Positions 8,908 to 19,406 of a stretch of 39,047 nt of DNA are shown in pieces (position 1 is the first letter of the stretch; every line of letters begins with the position of its first letter). This stretch comes from Snowella sp. (GTDB lineage Bacteria; Cyanobacteriota; Cyanobacteriia; Cyanobacteriales; Microcystaceae), in NCBI GenBank assembly GCA_035285545.1, contig JAYKGY010000051.1, positions 1 to 39,047 on the forward strand, in the 5' to 3' direction. Under the pieces are notes generated by a model that saw only the letters and a list, made by a program, of their open reading frames with translations, ran no database searches and was not told the origin of the DNA. Made by a program: the position numbers and the translations under genes.

Positions 8908-10944
8908 ATGGAATCGCTTTATCAATATGCCTGGCTCATTCCTGTGTTGCCCTTAGTGGGAGCCATGATTGTGGGTCTGGGGCTAATTTCTTTTAATCAA
9001 GTTACCAATGGATTGCGTCAACTGAATGCAGTCCTGATTGTGTCATTTCTTGGGGCAGCCATGGTTTTATCCTTTGGTCTGCTCTGGAGTCAACTCCAAG
9101 GCCATGACTCCTATCAATACATGTTGGAATGGGCTTCGGCAGGCAGTTTCCATCTGCAAATGGGGTTTGTCATTGACCATCTCAGTGCGTTGATGCTGGT
9201 GATTGTTACTTCCGTTGCCTTTTTGGTCATGATCTACACTGACGGCTATATGGCCCATGACTCTGGTTATGTGCGTTTTTATGCTTATTTAAGCCTATTT
9301 GCCTCTTCCATGTTGGGATTGGTCATTAGTCCTAATCTGGTTCAAATTTATATTTTCTGGGAATTGGTGGGGATGTGTTCCTACCTGTTGATCGGGTTTT
9401 GGTACGACCGTAAAGCCGCAGCCGATGCTTGTCAAAAAGCCTTTGTTACTAACCGAGTTGGTGACTTTGGATTACTCTTAGGGATGCTGGGTCTGTATTG
9501 GGCCACCAATAGTTTTGATTTTCCCATTATCGGCGATCGCCTAGTCGAACTGGTTAACACCGGAGCCTTAAGCGGGAGTATTGCCAGCTTCTTTGCGATT
9601 TTAGTTTTTCTCGGCCCCGTCGCCAAATCGGCCCAATTTCCCCTCCATGTTTGGCTACCCGATGCGATGGAAGGCCCCACGCCCATTTCTGCCTTGATCC
9701 ATGCCGCCACAATGGTTGCTGCGGGTGTGTTCCTCGTTGCTCGGATGTATCCCGTTTTTGAACCCCTGCCCGATGTCATGAATGTCATTGCCTGGACAGG
9801 GTGTTTTACCGCCTTTTTAGGAGCCACGATCGCGTTAACTCAAAATGATATTAAAAAGGGCTTAGCCTATTCCACCATTTCCCAATTGGGTTACATGGTC
9901 ATGGCAATGGGAATCGGAGCCTACAGCGCAGGTTTATTCCACTTGATGACTCACGCTTTCTTTAAAGCCATGCTCTTCCTCTGTTCGGGGTCGGTGATTC
10001 ATGGCATGGAAGCGGTCGTTGGCCATGATCCGATTTTGGCGCAAGATATGCGAATTATGGGCGGTTTACGCAAATATATGCCCGTTACTGCCACTTGTTT
10101 TTTAATTGGTACTTTAGCCATTTGTGGGATTCCTCCCTTTGCCGGTTTTTGGTCTAAGGATGAAATCCTCGGTTTAGCTTTCCAAGCCAATCCTGCTCTC
10201 TGGGCGGTCGGTTGGTTAACCGCAGGCTTAACGGCTTTTTATATGTTCCGTATGTACTTCATGACCTTTGAAGGCGGTTTCCGAGGTAACGATAAGTCTT
10301 TACAAAATAAAGTCATGGAATTTTACGGTATTCCCGTTCCTGCTTTTGGGCCAGGTGCAATGGATGTTAAAGAGTTAGAGCATAGTTCCCACGGACACGC
10401 CCATTCTCCCCATGAATCTCCTATCGCCATGACACTCCCCTTAATGGTGTTAGCCATTCCCTCGGTTCTCATTGGGTTAATTGGCAGACCTTGGGCTAAT
10501 CAGTTTGAAGCCTTTATCCATGCGCCAGGGGAAGCCTTGGAACACGCGACTGAATTTGATTGGACAGAGTTTTATATTATGGGGGGAAATTCCGTTGGCA
10601 TTGCCCTAATTGGCATCACTATTGCCTCCTTGATGTATCTCCAACACAAAATCGACCCCGCCGCGATCGCCGAAAAATATCCAGCCCTATACCGTTTCTC
10701 TTTGAACAAATGGTATTTCGATGATCTTTATGACCGTGTTTTCGTCCAAGGTTCCCGTCGTTTGGCGCGTCAAATCATGGAAGTCGATTACCGTGTCATT
10801 GATGGAGCCGTTAACTTAACGGGATTAATTACCCTCGTCAGTGGCGAAGGGCTGAAATATTTAGAAAACGGTCGCGCTCAATTCTACGCTTTAATCGTGT
10901 TTGCCGCCGTTCTCGGCTTTGTGGTGGTCTTTAGCGTGGTTTAA
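8908..10944 (+). CDS. ndhF1: NDH-1 subunit 5 (NdhF1)
   Basis: MESLYQYAWLIPVLPL start, KSAQFPLHVWLPDAMEGPTPISALIHAATMV, and the long C-terminus ENGRAQFYAL typical of NdhF1. Confidence 0.97.
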   Translation: MESLYQYAWLIPVLPLVGAMIVGLGLISFNQVTNGLRQLNAVLIVSFLGAAMVLSFGLLWSQLQGHDSYQYMLEWASAGSFHLQMGFVIDHLSALMLVIVTSVAFLVMIYTDGYMAHDSGYVRFYAYLSLFASSMLGLVISPNLVQIYIFWELVGMCSYLLIGFWYDRKAAADACQKAFVTNRVGDFGLLLGMLGLYWATNSFDFPIIGDRLVELVNTGALSGSIASFFAILVFLGPVAKSAQFPLHVWLPDAMEGPTPISALIHAATMVAAGVFLVARMYPVFEPLPDVMNVIAWTGCFTAFLGATIALTQNDIKKGLAYSTISQLGYMVMAMGIGAYSAGLFHLMTHAFFKAMLFLCSGSVIHGMEAVVGHDPILAQDMRIMGGLRKYMPVTATCFLIGTLAICGIPPFAGFWSKDEILGLAFQANPALWAVGWLTAGLTAFYMFRMYFMTFEGGFRGNDKSLQNKVMEFYGIPVPAFGPGAMDVKELEHSSHGHAHSPHESPIAMTLPLMVLAIPSVLIGLIGRPWANQFEAFIHAPGEALEHATEFDWTEFYIMGGNSVGIALIGITIASLMYLQHKIDPAAIAEKYPALYRFSLNKWYFDDLYDRVFVQGSRRLARQIMEVDYRVIDGAVNLTGLITLVSGEGLKYLENGRAQFYALIVFAAVLGFVVVFSVV

Positions 10945-10993
10945 CTTAGTAGGAACGTAAAAACAACACTTAAAATACTTGTAACCTACAATG

Positions 10994-11022
10994 AAGGCAC
11001 TCTCTTAAAGGGGGTGCTTTTT
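10994..11022 (+). terminator. Intrinsic terminator after ndhF1
   Basis: Stem AAGGCACTCTC / GGGGGTGCTTT (with G-U pairs), loop TTAAA, followed by a T run. Confidence 0.7.
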
Positions 11023-11028
11023 ACTGTC

Positions 11029-11265
11029 TTAATCAACCGAAAACTTAGTGTCAAGCGCGATCGCCAAGGATTGCCCTATTTTATTCCCCACCGTTGCCTC
11101 ATTAAACTATTAGGAACCCAAACCGCTTTTCGTCCTGATATTATCGTTTTAAATAGCAATATAAAAAAACAACTATTTCAAGGGAATTCTCAATTAATTT
11201 CTACTGTTTTTCCTGAATTACAATTAAATATAAACCCAATCTTTAATATTAATTTACTTAAATAA
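11029..11265 (+). pseudogene. Uma2 (DUF820) endonuclease-family relic, 5'-truncated and internally deleted
   Basis: INRKL...LPYFIPHRCLIK...AFRPDIIVLN (Uma2 PD region) is joined directly to KQLFQGNSQLISTVFPELQLNINPIF (Uma2 C-terminus). The central EV(V)S segment is absent. Confidence 0.7.
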
Positions 11266-11307
11266 AATTGTTTTTAATTTCCCTAACCCTCTTGATAAGT
11301 GAGGAAA

Positions 11308-11532
11308 TTATTTTTTATTTTGTTGGGGTTGAAATAATTGTTGACCCATTTTGGGTAAGTTCATCACTTCATCCCAGAGTTTTTGGGGACTAATGCCAAA
11401 CGCAAATTGTAAAACCAAGATGATTAAAGCAATGCTGACTGCGGTTTTAATGCTGACTTTAACGATATTAATTAGCCAACTAAACACTAACCAAGCAACA
11501 ATCACTGCTCCAATCAATAGAACAATTTGCAT
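11308..11532 (-). CDS. Small two-TM membrane protein
   Basis: Two hydrophobic helices, then FGISPQKLW; co-oriented downstream of dxr. Confidence 0.8.
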   Translation of the reverse strand: MQIVLLIGAVIVAWLVFSWLINIVKVSIKTAVSIALIILVLQFAFGISPQKLWDEVMNLPKMGQQLFQPQQNKK

Positions 11533-11559
11533 AAAAACTCCGTTAAGACTAGCCTTATT

Positions 11560-12780
11560 TTAGCTAACCGTGATTAAGCGATCGCCGTTGTTTAACTGTA
11601 AACTGGCCTCTTCAACGGTTTTTCTGGCCCACTGGTCAGCCTCTAGAATATCTTGCAAACTGGGGTTACTGGTATTTTGTGCCGTAAAGCGATCGCAGGC
11701 CGTTTCAATGACACGAGGAATATCTAAAAAGCCAATTTTTTCATCTAAAAAGAGCGCGACTGCCTGTTCATTGGCCGCATTTAAGACCGCAGGCATGGCT
11801 CCCCCCGTTCGTCCTGCCGCATAGGCTAACTCCATGCAAGGATATTTATCGTGATCGGGTTCTCGGAAGGTTAAATTGCCCGCTTTGACTAAATCCAACG
11901 GTTCCCAATCGGTATAAATGCGTTCAGGCCAAGAGAGAGCATAAAGCAAGGGTAAGCGCATATCGGGCCAACCCAATTGGGCTAAGACCGAAGTATCCTG
12001 CACCTCAATGAGAGAATGAATAATGCTTTGGGGATGAATGACAATATCGATCGCGTCGTAATCCAAACCAAATAAATAATGGGCTTCAATCACTTCTAAT
12101 CCCTTATTCATCAAGGTGGCAGAATCAACGGTAATTTTACGCCCCATTGACCAGTTGGGATGTTTGAGCGCGTCTTGTACCGTCACAAATGGCAATTGCT
12201 CGACAGCCCAATCCCGGAACGCCCCGCCCGAAGCGGTTAAAATAATACGCCGCAAGCCTCCTTTAGGAACCCCCTGTAAACATTGGAAAATAGCGGAATG
12301 CTCTGAATCGGCAGGTAATAATTTAACCCCATGCTTTTCTACCAACGGCAACACGACAGGCCCACCTGCAATCAAGGTTTCTTTATTCGCTAAAGCAATA
12401 TCTTTTCCGGCTTCGATGGCTGCAATGGTGGGTAACAAGCCTGCACAACCCACAATTCCTGTCACGACACTTTCCGAATCCCCGTATCTAGCGACTTCGA
12501 CGATGCCCGCTTCCCCTGCAAGTAATTGGGGTTGATAATCTAAACCCGTGATCGCGTCTTGGAGGTCTTTGAGTTTAGATTCATCCCGAATGGCGACAAT
12601 CTCAGGCTGAAAGCTGCGAATCTGTTGCGATAACAGGTCAATATTATTACCGGCTGCCAAACCAACCACCTGAAACTGCTCTGGGTGATGGGTGACAATA
12701 TCGAGGGTTTGTGTACCAATAGAGCCAGTCGAGCCAAGAATAGAAATGCGTTTCACGATGCTTGTTTGAACGGGGATCAC
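11560..12780 (-). CDS. dxr: 1-deoxy-D-xylulose-5-phosphate reductoisomerase
   Basis: [39 protein letters not shown] and [10 protein letters not shown] motifs. Confidence 0.98.
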   Translation of the reverse strand: MIPVQTSIVKRISILGSTGSIGTQTLDIVTHHPEQFQVVGLAAGNNIDLLSQQIRSFQPEIVAIRDESKLKDLQDAITGLDYQPQLLAGEAGIVEVARYGDSESVVTGIVGCAGLLPTIAAIEAGKDIALANKETLIAGGPVVLPLVEKHGVKLLPADSEHSAIFQCLQGVPKGGLRRIILTASGGAFRDWAVEQLPFVTVQDALKHPNWSMGRKITVDSATLMNKGLEVIEAHYLFGLDYDAIDIVIHPQSIIHSLIEVQDTSVLAQLGWPDMRLPLLYALSWPERIYTDWEPLDLVKAGNLTFREPDHDKYPCMELAYAAGRTGGAMPAVLNAANEQAVALFLDEKIGFLDIPRVIETACDRFTAQNTSNPSLQDILEADQWARKTVEEASLQLNNGDRLITVS

Positions 12781-12846
12781 CTTTTAGATTATCGCAAAGG
12801 GGTAAGTTGCTGATGATTTAGACTGAGCTTTCTAGAAATGGCAGAT

Positions 12847-13752
12847 TTATAAAAACGTGAGCGTTCCTTGTTCTGCATTGAGTTCAACCCTTGCACCCAC
12901 AGGTAAAGCCGCATTGACCCCATCATGGCCAAAGGGTAAATCGGAAACAATAGGAATCCCTAAATCCCCAAAGCGATCGCGCAACACTTCCTCAATCGTC
13001 CAACTATTTGTTCCTGCTGGTGCATAACACCGGCTAAAACGACCCAGGGCAATTCCCGCTACTTTTTCAAAAACACCGAGTAAACGCCAATGGGTTAACA
13101 GGCGATCGATGCGATAGGGGGCTTCGGTTACGTCTTCTAGGGCTAAAATTACGCCATCTAGGTTCGGTTGCAAAGGAGTTGCGAGTAAATGGGTGGCAAC
13201 CGTGAGATTGGCAGGCAGTAAGTGACCTTGCACCATTCCGCCGCCCCAACCGTTACCTGTTAAGGTTTCCAGAGAACGACCTTCAACCGCATCAAATAAG
13301 CGTTGTTTTGACCAGGCAGGCTCATCGTCCAACGTGGTTAAAACAGGCCCATGAATGCCCGTAATGCCGACTGTTGCCAGACTCCACAATAACCCTGTAA
13401 TATCGGAAAAACCAATTAACCATTTGGGGGTAACGTCTGCGGGCCATTGCCAATTTTCCAGTAACCGCATACTGCCATAACCGCCCCTGGTGCAAAGAAT
13501 GGCTTTACAGTCGGGATCTTTCCAAGCCGCTAACAAAGCTTGTCGTCGGGCTGTATCGGTTCCTGCGAGATAGCCTTCCCGTTGATCCCAAGATTTCCCC
13601 AGTTCAACCTGATACCCCCGCGATCGCCAAACGTCTAAACCCTTTTCAAAAGCCGCCATTTCCTTGAGTGCGCCACTGGTAGAAATTACCGTAACGCGAT
13701 CGCCTGGTTGCAAAAAGGGGGGAAGGGTTAGAGACAAATTAGCCGATGACAT
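12847..13752 (-). CDS. LD-carboxypeptidase (peptidase S66)
   Basis: RGGYGS, catalytic Ser in GFSDIT, Glu in LEDV and His in PFGH. Confidence 0.93.
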   Translation of the reverse strand: MSSANLSLTLPPFLQPGDRVTVISTSGALKEMAAFEKGLDVWRSRGYQVELGKSWDQREGYLAGTDTARRQALLAAWKDPDCKAILCTRGGYGSMRLLENWQWPADVTPKWLIGFSDITGLLWSLATVGITGIHGPVLTTLDDEPAWSKQRLFDAVEGRSLETLTGNGWGGGMVQGHLLPANLTVATHLLATPLQPNLDGVILALEDVTEAPYRIDRLLTHWRLLGVFEKVAGIALGRFSRCYAPAGTNSWTIEEVLRDRFGDLGIPIVSDLPFGHDGVNAALPVGARVELNAEQGTLTFL

Positions 13753-13757
13753 GGGTT

Positions 13758-14051
13758 TTAACCTCCAAGCCGTTGACAGATAAAGTTCCCCAAATCTGCT
13801 TCTGTAAAAGACTGTCGGGTTCCATCTTTTAGGGTTTTAACCTTTTCTTTGCAGTTATACACTGCCGTTGCCTGAGCTTTGCCATCAATGCTGAGATTAA
13901 CGCGATATTCCCAAGCATATTTGGCACTGCGTTTAATTTTTTGGATACAAATAGCTTGATCATTCACAGTACGACAGGTGGCCGCTTCCACCGGAGCAGC
14001 AGTAAACCAGAACAAACTCAACAGCAGTAGAATAAGGAAAAATGGTCTCAT
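13758..14051 (-). CDS. Small secreted hypothetical protein (4 Cys)
   Basis: Signal peptide (VEA-A) and mature region C...IC..KRSAKYAWEYRV...YNC...C. Confidence 0.8.
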   Translation of the reverse strand: MRPFFLILLLLSLFWFTAAPVEAATCRTVNDQAICIQKIKRSAKYAWEYRVNLSIDGKAQATAVYNCKEKVKTLKDGTRQSFTEADLGNFICQRLGG

Positions 14052-14152
14052 TTTTTGGGAATGGTTGCAGAAGACTCAATGATTTTAAACGATCAATGGC
14101 TAGAGGATACACTTTCAGCCTTGGATTATAGTAATCAAGCATCAGGAAAATC

Positions 14153-14728
14153 ATGTTTGAGAAAGAAAATTTAGGGTGGTGGTTGCAACAGTTACAGCAG
14201 CGTTTTGGCGAGTGGTGGGAACTGCAACAAAGTAAACTTTTAAAAACGGCTTTACCTGCTTTGCCTGATATTAAACCGCCGACGAATTGGGATATTTGGC
14301 TGAACAATAGTTTGATTTTTATTTTCTCAGGCTTAATCTTTTGGTTGCTCTGGCGATTTCGTCATGTTTTCCTAGATTCCTGGTCTAAACTTCAAAACCT
14401 GCAATTGCCCTCTGAGGCAAAACCGATGGCCTATTCCGTTGCTGATTGGGTACAGCGATCGCGTCGTTATTATGACTCAGGTGATTATTACCAAGCCTGC
14501 CGTTGTCTGTATTTTGCCATGTTGCAACAGTTGCACGAAAATGGGTTAATTCCCCATCAAACGAGCCGAACCGATGAGGAATATCGCCTATTAATTTTGG
14601 AATTGCCCGAACCTGATCCCTACGAAAGGTTACTAATGATCCATCAAGAATTATGCTTTGGTAAACGGCAAGCTTCCGCCCAATTAGTCGTAGATTGCCA
14701 AGCCGCTTTTAAACAAATTTCAGCTTAA
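14153..14728 (+). CDS. DUF4129 domain membrane protein
   Basis: One TM segment, then GDYYQACRCLY...L...SRTDEEY...H..LCFG. Confidence 0.8.
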   Translation: MFEKENLGWWLQQLQQRFGEWWELQQSKLLKTALPALPDIKPPTNWDIWLNNSLIFIFSGLIFWLLWRFRHVFLDSWSKLQNLQLPSEAKPMAYSVADWVQRSRRYYDSGDYYQACRCLYFAMLQQLHENGLIPHQTSRTDEEYRLLILELPEPDPYERLLMIHQELCFGKRQASAQLVVDCQAAFKQISA

Positions 14729-14743
14729 TTGTGTTTAACTATC

Positions 14744-16804
14744 ATGTCTAATCGTCTGGCCGAGTCTCAAAGTCTCTATTTACGTAAACATGCGGAAAAT
14801 CCGATTAATTGGTGGAGTTGGACAGCAGAAGCCCTAGCAACCGCCAAAGCTGAAAACAAACCGATTTTTCTGTCGATTGGTTATTCTAGTTGTCATTGGT
14901 GTACGGTGATGGAAGGGGAAGCGTTTTCTAATGCCGCGATCGCTGACTATTTAAATAACAACTTTTTGCCCATCAAAGTAGACCGAGAAGAACGGCCCGA
15001 CATTGACAGCATTTATATGCAGGCACTCCAGGCGATGACAGGGCAAGGCGGTTGGCCGTTGAATATTTTTCTCACGCCTGATGGATTAGTTCCCTTTTAT
15101 GGCGGAACCTATTTTCCGGTTGATCCCCGTTACGGTCGGCCTGGATTTTTACAGGTTTTACAATCAGTGCGGCGTTTTTATGATCAGGAAAAAGAAAAAT
15201 TAGGAAATTTTACCCAGGAAATTTTGTCGGTTTTAAACAGTTCAAACCAACTAGAGCCGAGTGAAATTGATCTCCAATCTCCTGCGTTACTTTATCGAGG
15301 CATTGAAACCTGTACCCGCATTATTAAACCGAGTGCAAAAGACTTAGGGCAGCCCAGTTTTCCCATGATTCCCTACGCCAATTTGGTGCTGCAAGGAAGC
15401 CGTTTTTCTGCGCCAAATTTAACGGAAAACCGAGATGTCGCCTATCAACGGGGGGAAGATCTCGCCTTGGGGGGGATTTATGACCACGTAGCAGGGGGAT
15501 TTCATCGTTATACGGTCGATTCGACTTGGACAGTGCCCCATTTTGAAAAGATGCTCTACGATAATGGGCAAATTGTGGAATATCTGGCGAATCTATGGAG
15601 CAATCGGCAACAGGAACCTGCCTTTCAACGCGCGATCGCGGGAACGGTGCAATGGCTACAACGGGAAATGACAGCCCCAGAAGGCTATTTCTATGCGTCC
15701 CAGGATGCGGATAATTTTACCGATCCCCAGGCAGCCGAACCCGAAGAAGGGGAATTTTATGTCTGGGATTATCAAACATTAGCGGAATTACTCACCCCAG
15801 AGGAATTGGTTCAACTACAAAGCGAATTTACGATTACGGCGGAAGGCAATTTTGAAGGACAAAACGTCTTACAACGTCGTCAGGTCGGCGCATTATCAGA
15901 AAGGATTGAAAATATTTTAGATAAATTGTTTGCGATTCGTTATGGTCGCAGTTCCTCCCAAATTGACAAGTTTTTACCCGCCCGCAATAACCACGAAGCG
16001 AAATCCCAAGGCCGACCTGGCCGCATCCCCCCCGTTACCGATACGAAAATGATTGTGGCGTGGAATAGTTTAATGATTTCAGGATTGGCTAGAGCTTACG
16101 CCGTTTGGAGTGAATTTTCATACTGGCAAATGGCCACTAAAGCCGCCCAGTTTATTCTCGATCGCCAATGGGTAGAAGGTCGCTTACATCGTTTAAATTA
16201 TGAAGGGACAGTAACTTTACTGGCTCAAGCGGAAGATTATGCCTTTTTCATCAAAGCCTTACTGGATTTACAAAGCGCGAATCCCAATGATACCTATTGG
16301 CTAGAGAAAGCGATCGCCGTTCAGCAGGAGTTTGATATTTATTTCTGGAGTGAGACAGAGGGGGGATACTATAACAATGCGGCGGATAACTGTCAAGATC
16401 TACTGATTCGGGAACGCAACTATCAGGATAATGCCACACCATCAGCCAATGGTATCGCGATCGCGAACTTAGTGCGGTTATCTCAGTTAACGGAAAATTT
16501 GGATTATCTGCAAAAAGCCGAAAAAAGCTTGCAATCTTTTAGCAGTGTGTTAACTCAATCTCCCCAGTCCTGCCCCAGTCTCTTTACTGCCCTAGATTAT
16601 TACCGCTTTGGCAATACGGTGAAGGGTCAATCCGATACCTTAAGTCATCTAATTTCCCAATATTTCCCTGTGACTAATTATTTAATAAGCGAGGATCTCC
16701 CCGATGGCGCGATCGCGTTGGTCTGTCAACAACTTTCCTGTTTAGAACCCACCACAACTCAAAAACAGTTAGTTCAGCAAATTCAATCGGTCAGCAAAGT
16801 TTAA
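14744..16804 (+). CDS. YyaL/SPATA20-like thioredoxin-domain plus alpha/alpha-toroid protein
   Basis: MSNRLAESQSLYLRKHAENPINW, GYSSCHWCTVM, GGWP and PHFEKMLYDN. ATG 14744 is preferred over TTG 14729. Confidence 0.93.
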   Translation: MSNRLAESQSLYLRKHAENPINWWSWTAEALATAKAENKPIFLSIGYSSCHWCTVMEGEAFSNAAIADYLNNNFLPIKVDREERPDIDSIYMQALQAMTGQGGWPLNIFLTPDGLVPFYGGTYFPVDPRYGRPGFLQVLQSVRRFYDQEKEKLGNFTQEILSVLNSSNQLEPSEIDLQSPALLYRGIETCTRIIKPSAKDLGQPSFPMIPYANLVLQGSRFSAPNLTENRDVAYQRGEDLALGGIYDHVAGGFHRYTVDSTWTVPHFEKMLYDNGQIVEYLANLWSNRQQEPAFQRAIAGTVQWLQREMTAPEGYFYASQDADNFTDPQAAEPEEGEFYVWDYQTLAELLTPEELVQLQSEFTITAEGNFEGQNVLQRRQVGALSERIENILDKLFAIRYGRSSSQIDKFLPARNNHEAKSQGRPGRIPPVTDTKMIVAWNSLMISGLARAYAVWSEFSYWQMATKAAQFILDRQWVEGRLHRLNYEGTVTLLAQAEDYAFFIKALLDLQSANPNDTYWLEKAIAVQQEFDIYFWSETEGGYYNNAADNCQDLLIRERNYQDNATPSANGIAIANLVRLSQLTENLDYLQKAEKSLQSFSSVLTQSPQSCPSLFTALDYYRFGNTVKGQSDTLSHLISQYFPVTNYLISEDLPDGAIALVCQQLSCLEPTTTQKQLVQQIQSVSKV

Positions 16805-16809
16805 TTCCG

Positions 16810-18678
16810 TCAATTGGTGTCAGCCCCAACTTCCTCAATCGTGATAATAACGCCTAACTTTTCTTGGCTATCATTGATTAATAAATCCAACTTCAAATTA
16901 CACTCCATACTTCTTCCCCGTCGATTCACTGCGGATAAGGTCAAAGTCTGCTGGCTGGCTTCATCATTTAAACAACGACGAATCGGTTCTACAATTTGGT
17001 TGATCGGTAGGCCAATGTCTAAACCAAAAATTGATTGCCCCTGAACTTCTGTTGATCGTAAACCCCAGAGTTCTTCGGATTGCTGATTCCAAATTAAAAT
17101 ATTGGATTGACGGTCAATCACAATAACGCCGTAACGAATACAGGATAGAACCGCATTCAAAAAAGTAATGTCTTTGGCAGCCATTGCCGTTCGATAGTTG
17201 ACCTCATCATTCAGGCTTTGAAGTTCTTCGTTGGTTACTCGCAATTCTTCATTTAAGGTTTCTAATTCTTCATTGGTGGATTGGAGTTCTTCATTGGTGG
17301 TTTCTAACTCTTCATTGGTGGATTGGAGTTCTTCATTGGTGGTTTCTAATTCCTCATTCGTTGTTTGGAGTTCTGTGTTCGCAACGGTGAGAGCGCGATT
17401 AGCTTTTTCCAAATCCTGCTCTAAATGCCAAAGAGCAGTAACATCGGTTGCAGTGATAAAAATTCCTGTAATGGAGCTTTGGAGTTGTCCTAACGGATTA
17501 ATCTGAATGTCTAAGTATTTGGTTGTTCCATCAGGCATTTGATGGACAACGTTGGGAATGTTGACCATACTTTGCTCTCGGTAGACCCGTTCCATGAGCG
17601 ATCGCAACTCTAGGGGACGATAGGAAAATTCCAAGTCTTGTAAGGGTTTCCCCACATCCAAGAGTTGTAAATTAAACCAGGTGCGAGCAACCTGATTACT
17701 GCGAACTAAATTTCCTTCTCTGTCCAAAATAATTTGGGCGATCGGGGCGGATTCAAAAGCGATTTCTTGCAATTGCAAGTAAATATTAATCAAGGTATCT
17801 TCCTCTTTAGTGGGGATAGCTTGAGATAAAGGAGGAATTTTCTCTATTTTCGGAGGAACACAATTAAAAATTCGATGTTGCAGATTCAGTGGTTTCAGCA
17901 TATCCCCCTGAGTCAGGAGCATTTCTGCTTTACCGAGAACCAACACACCGCTATGATTTAGGGAAAAATGAAAGCGGTTAAGAATCAAGGATTGAGTGTC
18001 TGCCGTAAAATACATTAGTGTATTGCGACAGATTAATAAATCAATATGGGAAATGGGTGCATCTTTAAAAAGATTATGGGAACCGAAAATAATATTACGA
18101 CGGAGTTCGGGTAAAAAGTAATAATCTCCTCTTGGGATTAAAATAAAGTATTTAGCTCGTAGTTCCTCTGGGACTGATTCCAATTGTTTCCCTGTGTATT
18201 CAGAACGACGGGCTTCCTGGAGAGCGGCTTCATCAATATCGGTTGCAAAAATCTTGACCCGTTCCTTAAATTGCTCTAACCCTAAAATTTCAGCTAAGAC
18301 AATAGCGATAGTATAGGCTTCTTCCCCCGATGCACAGCCTGCACTCCAGCAACGAATAGGGTCATTCGGCAGTTTAGCATTGACAAGGGAGGGGAGTAAT
18401 TCCTCCTGAAGATACGTCCAGACCTGGGGATCTCGGAAAAAACTGGTGACATTGATTAAAATCGTATTAAAAAGGGGCTGAAATTCTTCGGGATGTTGCT
18501 CCAAGTAGGTGAGATATTCCGCAAAGGTTGCGATCTGGTTACTCTCCATGCGTTTGATAATGCGTCGCCTCAAGGTAGATCGCTTAAAGCTAGAAAAGTC
18601 AAATCCCCGTGATTGGCTTAAATAATCGAGTAGGGAGTCAAATAAAATTTCTTCTTCGGGGGAAAGTTCATTTGTCAT
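16810..18678 (-). CDS. cheR: CheR-type protein-glutamate O-methyltransferase with PAS - coiled coil - PAS
   Basis: INVTSFFRD, WSAGCASGEEAYT, ATDID and ICRNTLMYF; two PAS-like regions flank (NEELQST/NEELETT)n heptads. Confidence 0.92.
   Translation of the reverse strand: MTNELSPEEEILFDSLLDYLSQSRGFDFSSFKRSTLRRRIIKRMESNQIATFAEYLTYLEQHPEEFQPLFNTILINVTSFFRDPQVWTYLQEELLPSLVNAKLPNDPIRCWSAGCASGEEAYTIAIVLAEILGLEQFKERVKIFATDIDEAALQEARRSEYTGKQLESVPEELRAKYFILIPRGDYYFLPELRRNIIFGSHNLFKDAPISHIDLLICRNTLMYFTADTQSLILNRFHFSLNHSGVLVLGKAEMLLTQGDMLKPLNLQHRIFNCVPPKIEKIPPLSQAIPTKEEDTLINIYLQLQEIAFESAPIAQIILDREGNLVRSNQVARTWFNLQLLDVGKPLQDLEFSYRPLELRSLMERVYREQSMVNIPNVVHQMPDGTTKYLDIQINPLGQLQSSITGIFITATDVTALWHLEQDLEKANRALTVANTELQTTNEELETTNEELQSTNEELETTNEELQSTNEELETLNEELRVTNEELQSLNDEVNYRTAMAAKDITFLNAVLSCIRYGVIVIDRQSNILIWNQQSEELWGLRSTEVQGQSIFGLDIGLPINQIVEPIRRCLNDEASQQTLTLSAVNRRGRSMECNLKLDLLINDSQEKLGVIITIEEVGADTN
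17257..17352. repeat. 42-bp near-perfect tandem repeat (about 2.3 copies) encoding the TNEELQSTNEELET heptads of CheR
   Basis: GGTTTCTAA(T/C)TCTTCATTGGTGGATTGGAGTTCTTCATTGGT at 17257 and 17299, with a partial copy at 17341. Confidence 0.9.
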
Positions 18679-19286
18679 TTACTTGGCTCCTGAGTCACTA
18701 AGTCAATTAATTTTTGAGCGATGTCAGCTAGGGGAATAACAAAATCCACGATTTCAGTCGCGATCGCCGAATCGGGCATTCCTTCAAATTCTGCGGTTTC
18801 TGGATCTTGGACGATGACTAACCCTCCGCTTTGGTGAATGGATTGAATCCCTTCGGCACCATCTTTGCCGGTTCCCGTCAAAATAATCGCGATCGCCCGC
18901 TTTCCATAGGTTGCAGCAACGGAGTCCAAAAATACATCCGCAGACGGTCGAACAAAATTAATTTCCTCAGTACAGGTCAAGGAAACAGTCCCCTGCCCAT
19001 TGACTAACAGATGATAGCCTGGTGGAGCAGTATAGATGTGTCTTGGGCGTAGTTGCTCCCCCTGTTCTGCTTGTTTAATGGGTAAATGGACTCGACGCGC
19101 TAAAATTTCGGATAAATGGGAAAAATGATCGGGTGAAAGATGCTGTACCACAACGATTTTGCAGGGAAAGGTTTCAGGCAAAGCTGCTAGCAGTTCAGAT
19201 AACGCATTCAGTCCTCCCGCAGAAGCCGCGATCGCCACAATCTCAAAGGTTTGAGAGACGGGTAGGATATTTTGTTGCCTATCCAT
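18675..19286 (-). CDS. cheB: CheB-type methylesterase, catalytic domain only (no receiver domain)
   Basis: Ser/His/Asp triad in AASAGG, VVQHL and LTGTGKDG; RPSADV and GMP motifs; ATGA overlap with cheR. Confidence 0.93.
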   Translation of the reverse strand: MDRQQNILPVSQTFEIVAIAASAGGLNALSELLAALPETFPCKIVVVQHLSPDHFSHLSEILARRVHLPIKQAEQGEQLRPRHIYTAPPGYHLLVNGQGTVSLTCTEEINFVRPSADVFLDSVAATYGKRAIAIILTGTGKDGAEGIQSIHQSGGLVIVQDPETAEFEGMPDSAIATEIVDFVIPLADIAQKLIDLVTQEPSK

Positions 19287-19406
19287 GAGAGTTGATCCTC
19301 TCCCATCAGAACTATCAGTTTAAACATGAATCTTTATCTTTATAATCAGTCCCAAGCGAAAAAAAGGCACTTTCAAGAATTTCAAAAAGCTAATTTAATT
19401 ATAGGT

